The notes under the pieces are model-generated. The model was not told the DNA's origin. It ran no database searches and was given only the letters and a program-made list of their open reading frames with translations. Of a DNA stretch of 64,000 bases, positions 11,122 through 20,840 are shown in pieces. Position 1 is the first letter of the stretch. Each line of letters begins with the position of its first letter. The translations under genes and the position numbers were made by a program. Source of the DNA: Gemmatimonadales bacterium. GTDB lineage: Bacteria > Gemmatimonadota > Gemmatimonadetes > Gemmatimonadales > GWC2-71-9. The DNA lies in contig DAINRR010000010.1 of assembly GCA_036741715.1 (NCBI GenBank), positions 136 through 64,135 on the forward strand, in the 5' to 3' direction.

Positions 11122-12756
11122 ATGCCACGCTTCCTCATGCTCGTTGCCAGGCTCGCGCTCGTCCTCGTCATGCTCGCGCCCGGCATCTCCGCAGGATTGG
11201 CCGCGCAGGATCCGGTGCCGGCGCCGGCGATGCCGGGCGTGGCCGATACGTCGCCGTCGATCCCCATCGAGGGCCAGCAGCCCGCCGCGGCGGAGGCGTC
11301 GCCGACCGGCTTCATGGCGACGGCGGACCGCTACATGGGCGTGCTGAACGGGTGGCTCGGCGCCGTGATCTTCTGGGACGTGATGTTCTGGGACCCGGAC
11401 CACACCTTTCCGCTCGTGGTGCTCTGGCTGATTCTCGGCGCCACGTACCTGACACTCAGGATGGGGTTCATCAACCTCCGCGGCTTCCGCCACGCGATCA
11501 ACGTGACGCGCGGTCGGTACAGCGATCCGTCCGATGCGGGTGAAGTCAGCCACTTCCAGGCACTCTCGGCGGCGCTCTCGGCGACGGTCGGCCTCGGCAA
11601 CATCGCGGGTGTCGCGATCGCGGTTTCCATCGGCGGGCCGGGCGCGACGTTCTGGATGATCATCGCGGGGCTCCTGGGGATGTCGTCGAAGTTCGCCGAA
11701 TGCACGCTCGGGCAGAAATACCGGCAGATCCGCCCGGACGGGCGCCTCATGGGCGGGGCGATGTACTACCTCTCGAACGGCCTGGGCGAGCTGGGCATGC
11801 CGAAGTTCGGGAAGGTGCTCGCGATCGTCTTCGCGATCATGTGCATCGGGGGGTCGCTCGGCGGCGGGAACATGTTCCAGGTGAACCAGTCGATGAACGC
11901 GCTGCAGGAGAACGTGCCGCTCCTGACGCCGTATCCCTGGGTATACGGCCTCATCATGGTGCTGCTCACCGGGATCGTGATCATCGGCGGCATCCGCCGG
12001 ATCGCATCGGTGGCGGACAAGATCGTGCCGTTCATGTGCGGGCTCTACGTCGTCGCCTGTATCGTGGTCATCCTCACGAACGTCCCGGCCATCCCCGCGG
12101 CCTTCGGCGCCATCATCGACGGCGCCTTCAGCCCCGGTGCGGCCTACGGCGGGTTCATCGGCGTGCTGGTGCAGGGCTTCCGCCGGGCGGCCTTCTCGAA
12201 CGAGGCCGGCGCCGGCTCGGCGGCGATCGCGCATTCGGCGGCGCGGACGCCCTATCCGGTCCGCGAGGGCATCGTCGCCCTGCTGGAGCCGTTCATCGAC
12301 ACGGTGGTGGTCTGTACCATGACGGCGCTCGTCATCGTCATTACGGGGGCGTACGCCAATCCGGACTATGCGCAGATCATCGCCGACAACCAGGGTGCGG
12401 CGCTCACGTCGCGGGCCTTCGGCGAGCACATCACCTGGTTCCCGCTCGTGCTCTCGCTCGCCGTGATGCTCTTCGCCTATTCCACGATGATCAGCTGGTC
12501 GTATTATGGAGAGCGCTGCTGGGTCTATCTCTTCGGGGACGGGCACACGCGCGTCTACCAGGTGCTCTTCCTCGTCTTCACGTTCCTCGGCTCGATCATC
12601 ACCGCCGCGAACGTGCTCGACTTCGGGGACTACATGATCCTCGGCATGGCGTTCCCGAACCTGCTCGGCGTCTTCCTGCTGAGCGGCAAGGTGCGTCGCG
12701 ATCTCGACGCGTACTGGTCGAAATACAAGGCCGGGGAGTTCCCGGTCTACAAGTAG
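11122..12756 (+). CDS. Alanine/glycine:cation symporter (AGCS family)
   Basis: SHFQALSAALSATVGLGNIAGVA, GGPGATFWM, GGAMYY, FSNEAGAGSA and EPFIDTVVVCTMT. Confidence 0.93.
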   Translation: MPRFLMLVARLALVLVMLAPGISAGLAAQDPVPAPAMPGVADTSPSIPIEGQQPAAAEASPTGFMATADRYMGVLNGWLGAVIFWDVMFWDPDHTFPLVVLWLILGATYLTLRMGFINLRGFRHAINVTRGRYSDPSDAGEVSHFQALSAALSATVGLGNIAGVAIAVSIGGPGATFWMIIAGLLGMSSKFAECTLGQKYRQIRPDGRLMGGAMYYLSNGLGELGMPKFGKVLAIVFAIMCIGGSLGGGNMFQVNQSMNALQENVPLLTPYPWVYGLIMVLLTGIVIIGGIRRIASVADKIVPFMCGLYVVACIVVILTNVPAIPAAFGAIIDGAFSPGAAYGGFIGVLVQGFRRAAFSNEAGAGSAAIAHSAARTPYPVREGIVALLEPFIDTVVVCTMTALVIVITGAYANPDYAQIIADNQGAALTSRAFGEHITWFPLVLSLAVMLFAYSTMISWSYYGERCWVYLFGDGHTRVYQVLFLVFTFLGSIITAANVLDFGDYMILGMAFPNLLGVFLLSGKVRRDLDAYWSKYKAGEFPVYK

Positions 12757-12792
12757 CCGTCGTCACCGTTCACCCCTTTTCCCGGAGCCCTT

Positions 12793-14385
12793 GTGGCTGA
12801 TGAAGTCGTTCACCGCGAGCAGTGGGGCTCGCGCATCGGGCTGATCCTTGCCATGGCCGGCAACGCCGTCGGCCTCGGCAATTTCCTTCGCTTCCCCCGC
12901 CAGGCGGTCGAGAACGGCGGCGGCACGTTCATGGTTCCGTACTTCATCGCGCTCATTCTCGTGGGCATCCCGCTCATGTGGATCGAGTGGGGCGTGGGGC
13001 GGCACGGGGGGCTCCGCGGCCACGGCTCGACGCCGGGCATGTTCGAGGCGCTCTGGAAGCATCCGGTGGCGAAGTACCTGGGCGTGCTCGGCCTCTTCAT
13101 GCCGATCATCGTGCTCATCTATTACTGCTACATCGAGTCGTGGACGCTCGCCTGGACCTGGTTCTCCCTCACCGGGGCGACGCAGGGGCTCGACCAGGCG
13201 GGGATGCAGGCATTCTTCGGCTCGTACGTGAACCTGCAGAACGGGACGGTGCACGGCTTCTGGGTGCCGTTCATCTTCTTCTTCATCACGATCACGGTCA
13301 ACTTCTGGGTGGTGAGCAAGGGGCTCACGGCGGGCATCGAGCGGCTGGCGAAGATCGGCATGCCGATCCTCTTCGTCTTCGCCGCGATCCTCGTGATCCG
13401 CGTGCTCACGCTCGATCCGCAGCCGGAGCTCGTCGACGGGGTCGCGACCGGGCGCATGGTGGGGCCGATGGACGGGCTCAACTTCATGTTCAATCCCGAC
13501 TGGTCGCGGATCACGGAGCCGTCGGTCTGGCTCGCCGCCACCGGACAGATCTTCTTCACGCTCTCGGTCGGCATGGGCTCGCTGCAGGCCTATGCGTCCT
13601 ATCTCAAGAAGACCGACGACATCGCGCTGTCCGGCATCGCGACGGCGGCCACCAACGAGACGGCGGAAGTCGTCCTCGGCGGCTCGCTCGCGATCCCCGC
13701 CATCGTGACGTTCTTCGGGGTGGCCGGCGCGATGCAGATCGCGTCGCAGGGAAGCTTCGACCTCGGCTTCATCGCCATGCCGCTGGTCTTCAACCAGCTG
13801 CCGGGCGGCGCGATCATGACGACGCTCGCGGGCGTGATGTGGTTCGGGCTGCTGTTCTTCGCCGGCATCACCTCGTCGGTGGCCATGGCGACCCCGGCGC
13901 TCTCCTTCGTCGAGGAGAATTTCGGCTGGACGCGGAAGCGCACGGCGTGGAGCCTGGCCGCGATCGCCGTGGCGATCGGGATCCTGCACATCGTCTACAA
14001 CACGCGGGGGTTCCTCGACGAGTGGGACTACTGGGCGGGCACGTTCGGCCTGGTGATCCTCGCGCTGGTGGAGACGGTCCTCTTCGTCTGGGTGCTCGGG
14101 CCGAACCGCATGTGGGAGGAGCTGCATGATGGCGCGGCCATCCGCCTGCCGCGGATCTACAAGTTCATCCTGACCTTCATCACGCCGACATTCCTCATCA
14201 TCATGATGGGATGGTGGTTCGTGCAGGATGCGCTGCCGATCCTGCTGATGGAGGACGAAACGCCCGAGCGCCAGACGGTGCGGTGGGCCTCCCGTGCCAT
14301 CATGCTGGCCATCCTCGTGCTGCAGCTCTTCCTCATCCGCGCGGCCTGGAAGCGTCGCCGCGCCGCTGGAAAGGAGACCGCCTGA
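12793..14385 (+). CDS. Sodium-dependent transporter (NSS/SNF family)
   Basis: REQWGSRIGLILAMAGNAVGLGNFLRFP and GQIFFTLSVGMG; GTG start. Confidence 0.95.
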   Translation: MADEVVHREQWGSRIGLILAMAGNAVGLGNFLRFPRQAVENGGGTFMVPYFIALILVGIPLMWIEWGVGRHGGLRGHGSTPGMFEALWKHPVAKYLGVLGLFMPIIVLIYYCYIESWTLAWTWFSLTGATQGLDQAGMQAFFGSYVNLQNGTVHGFWVPFIFFFITITVNFWVVSKGLTAGIERLAKIGMPILFVFAAILVIRVLTLDPQPELVDGVATGRMVGPMDGLNFMFNPDWSRITEPSVWLAATGQIFFTLSVGMGSLQAYASYLKKTDDIALSGIATAATNETAEVVLGGSLAIPAIVTFFGVAGAMQIASQGSFDLGFIAMPLVFNQLPGGAIMTTLAGVMWFGLLFFAGITSSVAMATPALSFVEENFGWTRKRTAWSLAAIAVAIGILHIVYNTRGFLDEWDYWAGTFGLVILALVETVLFVWVLGPNRMWEELHDGAAIRLPRIYKFILTFITPTFLIIMMGWWFVQDALPILLMEDETPERQTVRWASRAIMLAILVLQLFLIRAAWKRRRAAGKETA

Positions 14386-14519
14386 TGACCACCGGCGCCC
14401 TGATCTTCCTCATCCTGGCCTGGACGTTTGTCCTCGGCCTCACGATCTGGTCGTTCCGCCGGCTCATGAAGACCGAGCCGTCGAAGGAGCCGCTGCCGCC
14501 ACCGGGTACGTCGCTCTGA
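14385..14519 (+). CDS. 44-aa single-TM protein, probable MetS-like small subunit of the NSS transporter
   Basis: MTTGALIFLILAWTFVLGLTIWSFRRLMKTEPSKEPLPPPGTSL; TGATG coupling to the NSS gene with AAGGAG upstream. Confidence 0.75.
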   Translation: MTTGALIFLILAWTFVLGLTIWSFRRLMKTEPSKEPLPPPGTSL

Positions 14520-14533
14520 TCCCTGACCTCCGG

Positions 14534-14561
14534 GCGGCGTCACGCATCTGCGTGGCGCCGC
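14534..14561 (+). other. 12-bp stem-loop between transporter genes
   Basis: GCGGCGTCACGC-ATCT-GCGTGGCGCCGC with one G.U pair; no U-tract. Confidence 0.45.
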
Positions 14562-14603
14562 TCGCGGCATCGAGGCAGTACTTACACCCACTCCGAGCCA
14601 CCC

Positions 14604-16061
14604 ATGGACCTGTTCCGCCGGAAGAGCGTCACCGCACTGCAGGCCGAAGCCGAAGGGGACCATAGTCTCGCGCGGACGCTGGGCCCGTTCGCCCTCACGA
14701 TGCTCGGCATCGGGGCCATCATCGGCACGGGCATCTTCGTGCTCACCGGCACGGTGGCGGCGCAGAACGCCGGCCCCGCCGTCGTGCTGTCGTTCGTGCT
14801 CGCCGGGCTCGCGTCGGTCTTCGCGGCGCTCTGCTACTCGGAGTTCGCGTCGCTCGTGCCGATGGCGGGGAGCGCGTACACGTACGGGTATGCCACGCTG
14901 GGCGAGTTCATCGCGTGGATCATCGGGTGGGACCTCGTCCTGGAATACGCGCTGAGCGCGACGACGGTCGCGATCGGGTGGTCGGGTTACGTGGTCTCCT
15001 TCCTCGCCGACCTCGGGATCCACGTCCCGCCGGCGTTCTCCGCGGCGCGGGGGACGATGGTCACCGCTCCGGACGGCTCCCAGGTCACGGCGCTCTTCAA
15101 CCTGCCGGCCGTCGTCATCGTCGCGCTCGTCACGGCCCTGCTCGTGGTCGGTATCCGGGAATCGGCGAACGTCAACAACGTCATCGTGTTCATCAAGGTG
15201 GCGGTGGTCGTCATCTTCATCGCCCTCGCTGCTCAGGCGATCGATCCGGACAACTGGCGCCCGTTCATTCCCGAGAACACGGGCCACCGCGAGAACTTCG
15301 GCTTCAGCGGCATCGTGGCGGGCGCCGGCGTCGTCTTCTTCGCCTACATCGGGTTCGATGCCGTGTCCACCGCGGCGCAGGAGGCGAAGAATCCGCAGCG
15401 GGACATGCCGATCGGCATCATCGGCTCGCTCCTCATCTGTACCGTCCTCTACATCATCGTGGCCGGCATCGCGACGGGCGTCATGCACTACAGCCAGCTG
15501 GACGTGCCGGACCCGATCGCCAAGGTGGCCGACGCCGCGGGCCTCGGCTGGATCGCCTCGCTGATCAAGCTCGGAGCCATCGCGGGACTCAGCTCCGTCA
15601 TCCTGGTGCAGCTGCTCGGCCAGTCCCGGGTGTTCTACAGCATGTCGCGCGACGGGCTCCTGCCGCCGTTCGTGAACCGGGTTCACCCGAAGTTCCGGAC
15701 GCCCTGGATCACGTCGATCGTCACCGGCATCGCGGTGGCGATCCCGGCCGGGTTCCTGACGGTGCGCGAGGCCGGGAGCCTCGTCTCGATCGGCACGCTG
15801 CTCGCCTTCACGATCGTATCGATCGGGGTGCTCGTGCTGCGCGTGCGGGAGCCGGGCCTCAAGCGGCCGTTCAGGGTTCCCGCCATCTGGTTCGTCGCGC
15901 CGATGGGCGCGATCTCTGCGCTCTACCTCATGTATTACCTCCCATGGAGGACCTGGGAGCGGCTGCTCATCTGGCTCGCCCTCGGCATGATCGTCTACTT
16001 CGCCTATGGCTACCGGCACTCGAAGCTCAATCGTGGAGCGCCGCCGGCTCCGGGCGCCTGA
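14604..16061 (+). CDS. Amino acid permease (APC superfamily, cationic amino acid transporter-like)
   Basis: LGIGAIIGTGIFVLTG, LCYSEFAS, GSAYTYGY, FFAYIGFDAVSTAAQEAKNPQRD and HPKFRTP. Confidence 0.95.
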   Translation: MDLFRRKSVTALQAEAEGDHSLARTLGPFALTMLGIGAIIGTGIFVLTGTVAAQNAGPAVVLSFVLAGLASVFAALCYSEFASLVPMAGSAYTYGYATLGEFIAWIIGWDLVLEYALSATTVAIGWSGYVVSFLADLGIHVPPAFSAARGTMVTAPDGSQVTALFNLPAVVIVALVTALLVVGIRESANVNNVIVFIKVAVVVIFIALAAQAIDPDNWRPFIPENTGHRENFGFSGIVAGAGVVFFAYIGFDAVSTAAQEAKNPQRDMPIGIIGSLLICTVLYIIVAGIATGVMHYSQLDVPDPIAKVADAAGLGWIASLIKLGAIAGLSSVILVQLLGQSRVFYSMSRDGLLPPFVNRVHPKFRTPWITSIVTGIAVAIPAGFLTVREAGSLVSIGTLLAFTIVSIGVLVLRVREPGLKRPFRVPAIWFVAPMGAISALYLMYYLPWRTWERLLIWLALGMIVYFAYGYRHSKLNRGAPPAPGA

Positions 16062-16095
16062 CCGAACGCGTTTCGAAGGCGGAAGGAAGCGGATC

Positions 16096-16135
16096 GGAGC
16101 GGCCCGGGAATCACTTCCCGGGCCGCATTCGCTCC
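16096..16135. other. Perfect 12-bp hairpin inside a nested inverted repeat
   Basis: GCGGCCCGGGAA-TCAC-TTCCCGGGCCGC at 16099-16126, enclosed by GGAGCG/CGCTCC. Confidence 0.55.
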
Positions 16136-16184
16136 ATGCCGGTTCGGCTTGCCGCCGTTCCCCATGCCGCCCATCTTCCCGCCC

Positions 16185-17198
16185 ATGCCGCATACCCTCA
16201 CGGAAGACAAGATCGCCGCTGCGCGGGACATCGCGAACATCGTGCAGCCCGGGCAGCGCATCTGCCTCACGACGCACGTGAATCCCGATGGCGACGGCCT
16301 GGGCAGCGAGGTCGCGACCGTCGATCTCCTCCGCGCCCTCGGCGCCGACTGCATCATCACGAACCCGACGCCGACGCCGAGTCGGTTCGGCTTCCTCTTC
16401 GAGTCCCTCGACGGGGCCGATCGGACGGCCGAGGCCGTGAAGGAGCTCCGCCGGGCGGACCTCATCATGGTGCTCGACATCTCCGATCTCGGACGGCTCG
16501 GCATGCTGTCGGAGACCGTGCGGACGCGCGGGGTTCCGGTGGTCTGCATCGATCATCACGTGAGCGACGGCATCCTGCCCGAGGGCCCGCGCTACCTCGA
16601 TCCCGCCGCCTCCGCGACGGGCGAGCTCATCTACGAGATCGCGCTTGCCAACGGCTGGGGTCTGTCGGCCCCGGCGGCGCGCGGCCTCTATGTGGCGCTC
16701 CTCACCGATACCGGGGGGTTTCGCTTCAGCAACACGCGCCCTCGCACGCTCAGGATCGCGGCCGATCTGCTCGAGAAGGGCCTCGATCCCGAGCAGATCT
16801 ATCTCGACGTCTATGCCAGCTCGCCGGAAGGGCGCCCGCGCCTGATCGCCGAGGCGCTGCAGACGCTGGTGGTGGAGCCGGAGCACCAGCTGGCGTGGGT
16901 CACGATTCCGCCCGGGGCGCTCGAGCGCCACAACGTGTCGACCGACGATCTCGACGGGGTCGTCGAGTTCGCGCGGGCCATCGAGGGCGTGCGGATGGCC
17001 ATCCTCTTCCGCGAGGCGTCGCAGGGCCGCATCAAGGTCTCGCTCCGCTCGGTGGGCGGCGTCGACGTGGCGGCATTCGCGAGGCGTTTCGGCGGCGGCG
17101 GGCACGTCAAGGCGGCGGGGCTCGCACTCCCGGGGACGCTGGCCGAGGTGCAGGCCACCGTCCTCGCTGCGGCGCGCGAGTATATTCCGGCATCATGA
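16185..17198 (+). CDS. nrnA: Bifunctional oligoribonuclease/PAP phosphatase (DHH family)
   Basis: THVNPDGDGLGS, VLD, IDHH, TDTGGFRFSNT, SLRS and GGGGHVKAAG. Confidence 0.93.
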   Translation: MPHTLTEDKIAAARDIANIVQPGQRICLTTHVNPDGDGLGSEVATVDLLRALGADCIITNPTPTPSRFGFLFESLDGADRTAEAVKELRRADLIMVLDISDLGRLGMLSETVRTRGVPVVCIDHHVSDGILPEGPRYLDPAASATGELIYEIALANGWGLSAPAARGLYVALLTDTGGFRFSNTRPRTLRIAADLLEKGLDPEQIYLDVYASSPEGRPRLIAEALQTLVVEPEHQLAWVTIPPGALERHNVSTDDLDGVVEFARAIEGVRMAILFREASQGRIKVSLRSVGGVDVAAFARRFGGGGHVKAAGLALPGTLAEVQATVLAAAREYIPAS

Positions 17199-17431
17199 CG
17201 ACCGATATTCTCGACCGCATCGAACGTACGATCGACACGCTCCGCCCCTACATCGCATCGCATCGCGGCAGCGTCGAGGTCATCGATTTCGACGCTGCCG
17301 ACGGCGTGCTCCTGGTCCGCATGGGGGGTACCTGCCACGGCTGCGCCGCTTCCACCGTGACCCTCAAGCAGGGGCTCGAGGCGCGGCTCCGGCAGATGGT
17401 TCCCGAAGTGCGCCACGTCGAGGCCGTATGA
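17195..17431 (+). CDS. NifU/Nfu C-terminal domain Fe-S carrier protein
   Basis: LRPYIASHRGSVEV and MGGTCHGCAASTVTLKQGLE (CxxC); ATGA overlaps on both sides. Confidence 0.92.
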   Translation: MTTDILDRIERTIDTLRPYIASHRGSVEVIDFDAADGVLLVRMGGTCHGCAASTVTLKQGLEARLRQMVPEVRHVEAV

Positions 17432-18543
17432 CGCACCCCGTGGAAGGGCGCGTCTTCGAGGCGCTCTCGCGCATCCGGAACGAGCGGATCGGCAACGATC
17501 TCATCTCCGCCGGCATGGTTCGCGACCTCGCCGTGGACGACTCCGGCCGCGTCACCTTCACCTTTCTCCTCGGGAATGACGATCCGGGGACGTTGGTGCG
17601 CGCCGCCCGGAAGGCTGTCGAGGGGCTCGAGGGCGTCGCCGAGGTCCGGATCAACGTGACCAACCCGTCGGGCCCGGCGCGCGCCACCCATGCGCCACCG
17701 GGCGCGCAGCCCGCCGCGCAACCGCCGGCGGCCCCGCCGGTACCCGAGGCGATTCCGGGCCTGGGGCACGTCGTCGCGATCTCGTCGGGCAAGGGCGGGG
17801 TAGGGAAGTCGACCGTGGCGGCCAACCTCGCCGTGGCGCTCGCCCAGGCAGGCCATCGTGTCGGCGTGATGGACGCCGACGTCTACGGTCCCAACATGCC
17901 GCGAATGTTCGGCATTTCGGATCGTCCGATGGTGGACCCGGTCACCCGGAAGATCCAGCCGCTCCAGGCGTACGGGGTGCGCATCATGTCGCTCGGGCTC
18001 CTCGTGGAGCGCGACGCTCCGGCCATCTGGCGCGGCCCGATCATCATGAAGATCATCCAGCAGTTCCTGCGTGACGTGGACTGGGGCGAGCTCGACTACT
18101 TCATCGTCGACCTGCCGCCCGGCACCGGCGACGCGCAGCTCTCGCTCGTGCAGGCCACGAGCGTCGGGGGCGCCATCATCGTCACCACGCCCCAGGAAAT
18201 GGCCGTGGGTGACGCGCTCCGCGGCGCGAAGATGTTCGAGAAGGTCGGTGTGCCCGTGCTCGGCATCGTCGAGAACATGAGCGGGTTCACCGACCCGGAG
18301 ACGGGCCGGTACTGGCAGCTCTTCTCCTCAGGCGGGGGGCAGCGCCTGGCCGATGAGCTCGGCGTGCCGCTGCTCGGATCGATTCCCCTGCAGCCCCGCC
18401 TCGCCGAGGCGGCCGACGAAGGCAGGCCGGTGATCGTGGCCGAGCCGGCGTCGCCTGCCGCCGGCGTGTTGCAGGCGATCGCCGCACGCGTACACGACAC
18501 GGCGGCCCGCCAGGCCATCACCCTCCCTATTCTCCGCGGGTAA
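17428..18543 (+). CDS. mrp: Mrp/NBP35 (ApbC) Fe-S carrier ATPase
   Basis: N-terminal FeS-assembly-like domain; SSGKGGVGKST, DADVYGP, WRGP, DLPPGTGDAQL, VTTPQ and ENMS. Confidence 0.95.
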   Translation: MTHPVEGRVFEALSRIRNERIGNDLISAGMVRDLAVDDSGRVTFTFLLGNDDPGTLVRAARKAVEGLEGVAEVRINVTNPSGPARATHAPPGAQPAAQPPAAPPVPEAIPGLGHVVAISSGKGGVGKSTVAANLAVALAQAGHRVGVMDADVYGPNMPRMFGISDRPMVDPVTRKIQPLQAYGVRIMSLGLLVERDAPAIWRGPIIMKIIQQFLRDVDWGELDYFIVDLPPGTGDAQLSLVQATSVGGAIIVTTPQEMAVGDALRGAKMFEKVGVPVLGIVENMSGFTDPETGRYWQLFSSGGGQRLADELGVPLLGSIPLQPRLAEAADEGRPVIVAEPASPAAGVLQAIAARVHDTAARQAITLPILRG

Positions 18544-18616
18544 CCCCTCGGCCGATCCGGCATCGCCCCCGCCCCCGCCGACGCTCTACGCCGAGCAGCA
18601 CGACGTCGCGCCGGCG

Positions 18617-19960
18617 ATGGCGCCGCCAGCGCATGCGGCGAAGATCCGCGCCATCACGGCGGGCCCGCTCGACCGCGCGATCCTGATGCTGGCCGGCCCC
18701 GCGGTCGGCACCACGCTCTTCCAGATCCTCTTCAACATCACCGATACCTTCTGGGTCGGCCGCACGCTCGGCGCCGTGGCGCTCGCGGGCGTCAGCATCG
18801 CGAGCTACAGCGTCTGGGTCATCGTGTCGATCGGCGAGCTCGTGGGGGTCGGGCTGACGGCGGTGTCCGCCCGCCGGCACGGCGAAGGCGATCCGCGCGC
18901 CGCCGCGCGCGCGGCCGGCACAGGGCTGGCCCTCGCTGCTGCACTTGGCGTGACCGTCGGCGTGGGCGGCGTCTTCCTCCTGTCGCCGCTGCTCGACGTG
19001 ATGAATGCGACGCCCGAGGTGGGGCAGGTCGCGCGCGAGTTTCTCGTCGTGCAGTTCGCCGGGGCGTTCCTCATCTACGGCTACTTCGTGGTGGCCGCCG
19101 CCTTCCGGAGCTCCGGCGACACGCGCACCCCGTTCTTCCTCCTTGGCGCGTCGGTTCTGCTCAACGTCGTGCTCGATCCGCTCCTCATCCTCGGGATCGG
19201 CCCCTTTCCCGAGCTCGGGGTCTATGGTGCCGCGCTTGCGACGGTCCTCACACGCGCGCTCGCATTCATCGTGGGCCTAGGACTCCTCGTCAGGCGCGGG
19301 ATGATCCTTCCCGACTGGAGCGGACGCACGGCGCGCACCATCGCGCGGGTCGGGACGCCGACGATGCTCACGGGCGTGCTCTTCAGCCTCATCTACATCT
19401 GGCTCGCGCGCGTCACCGCCTCCTTCGGAACGCCCGCACTCGCGGCGCTCGGCCTGGGCCACAAGATCGAGGGGGTGAACTACATGATCTGCATCGGGTT
19501 CGCGATCGCGGCCGAGACGGTGGTGGGCCAGAACCTCGGGGCGCGGCAGCCGGAGCGCGCGCGGACCGCGGGGTGGATGACCGCGCGGTACGCGCTCGTC
19601 CCGGCGACGCTCATCGCGGTCGTGTTCCTCGTGATCCCCGAATCGCTCGTGCGCATCTTCACGGACGATCCCCCTACGATCGCGGCAGCCGCGCTGTATC
19701 TTCGTGCGGTCGCTATCGCCCAGCTTGCGCTCCCGTTCGAGGCCGTGCTCGAGGGCGCGCTGGCCGGTGCCGGATTCACGCTCTGGCCGATGACCGCCGT
19801 GGTCGCGCTGAATGCGCTCCGCATTCCGCTCGCACCGCTCGCGGCCGCGGAGTGGGGACTCGCCGGGGTCTGGTGGCTCCTGTCGGTCACGGCGATCGCG
19901 CGCGCGCTCGCGCTCGTGGCATTCTGGCGCTGGAGCCGCTGGGCGCAGTCGCGCGTGTGA
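18617..19960 (+). CDS. MATE family efflux transporter
   Basis: NITDTFWVGRTLG, SGDTRTP, NVVLDPLLI and FPELGVYGAALAT; about 12 TM segments. Confidence 0.92.
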   Translation: MAPPAHAAKIRAITAGPLDRAILMLAGPAVGTTLFQILFNITDTFWVGRTLGAVALAGVSIASYSVWVIVSIGELVGVGLTAVSARRHGEGDPRAAARAAGTGLALAAALGVTVGVGGVFLLSPLLDVMNATPEVGQVAREFLVVQFAGAFLIYGYFVVAAAFRSSGDTRTPFFLLGASVLLNVVLDPLLILGIGPFPELGVYGAALATVLTRALAFIVGLGLLVRRGMILPDWSGRTARTIARVGTPTMLTGVLFSLIYIWLARVTASFGTPALAALGLGHKIEGVNYMICIGFAIAAETVVGQNLGARQPERARTAGWMTARYALVPATLIAVVFLVIPESLVRIFTDDPPTIAAAALYLRAVAIAQLALPFEAVLEGALAGAGFTLWPMTAVVALNALRIPLAPLAAAEWGLAGVWWLLSVTAIARALALVAFWRWSRWAQSRV

Positions 19961-20009
19961 GCGCGACGCGTCCGCACGTCCCGAGCCGAGAGGTCACCGT
20001 ACGCCTTCC

Positions 20010-20768
20010 ATGACGCTGATCACGCTCCTCACCGATTTCGGCACCACCGATGCGTATGTCGCGGAGATGAAGGGGCGGCTCCTCTCCCTCGCGCCGGAGG
20101 CGCGACTGGTCGACGTCTCGCACACGCTCGCGCCCGGGGACGTCCGCGCTGCCGCCTACGTCATCGGCCGCGTCTGGCGGCAGTTTCCGGATGGGACCGT
20201 GCACCTGGCGGTGGTGGACCCGGGAGTCGGCACCGACCGGAAGGCGCTCGCGGTGGCGGCTCACGGCCATTTCTTCATCGGGCCCGACAACGGCATCCTG
20301 AGCTCGGTGATCCGCGACGCGAAGGTGAGCGTCGTCGCGCTTCCGATTCCGGACGGCGTCTCGTCCACGTTTCACGGGCGTGACGTCTTCGCGCCGGCCG
20401 CGGCCGCACTTGCCGGCGGCGCGGCGCTCGGGCAAATCGGCGAGGTCTTCGGCGGGGTCCCGGTGCGCATCTCGACGCGCGAGCCGTATCACGAGGGAAA
20501 GACGCTGATCGGGGAAGTGATCTACGTCGACCGCTTCGGCACGCTGGTGACGAACTTCAACGCCGACAACCTTCCCGACTATGCGCGCGTGGAGATCGAG
20601 GGCGTCGAGGTCGGAAGGCTCCGCCGAACCTACGGCGACGTCGCCACCGGAGGCCTCGTCGCGTACCTGGGCTCGGGAGGTGACGTCGAGATCGCGGTCC
20701 GCGACGGCTCGGCGGCGCGCCGCTTCGGCATCGGCGTCGGCGGAAAGGTCCGGGCGAGGCTGGGCTGA
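20010..20768 (+). CDS. SAM hydroxide adenosyltransferase family protein (DUF62)
   Basis: ITLLTDFGTTDAYVAEMKG, HLAVVDPGVGT, GPDNG, STFHGRDVFAP and YVDRFGTLVTN. Confidence 0.93.
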   Translation: MTLITLLTDFGTTDAYVAEMKGRLLSLAPEARLVDVSHTLAPGDVRAAAYVIGRVWRQFPDGTVHLAVVDPGVGTDRKALAVAAHGHFFIGPDNGILSSVIRDAKVSVVALPIPDGVSSTFHGRDVFAPAAAALAGGAALGQIGEVFGGVPVRISTREPYHEGKTLIGEVIYVDRFGTLVTNFNADNLPDYARVEIEGVEVGRLRRTYGDVATGGLVAYLGSGGDVEIAVRDGSAARRFGIGVGGKVRARLG

Positions 20769-20840
20769 ATGCCGGCGTTGATGATTCGGGGCTCGTGAGC
20801 GGATGCCGGCATCGCCGTGCGGTGGGCAAACGGCAGCTGA

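Noticed and set aside
20010-20768. Fluorinase/chlorinase implying halogenated natural products
   Set aside because: Length and context fit the common DUF62 SAM hydrolases, and no biosynthetic cluster is nearby. Halide specificity cannot be read by eye.
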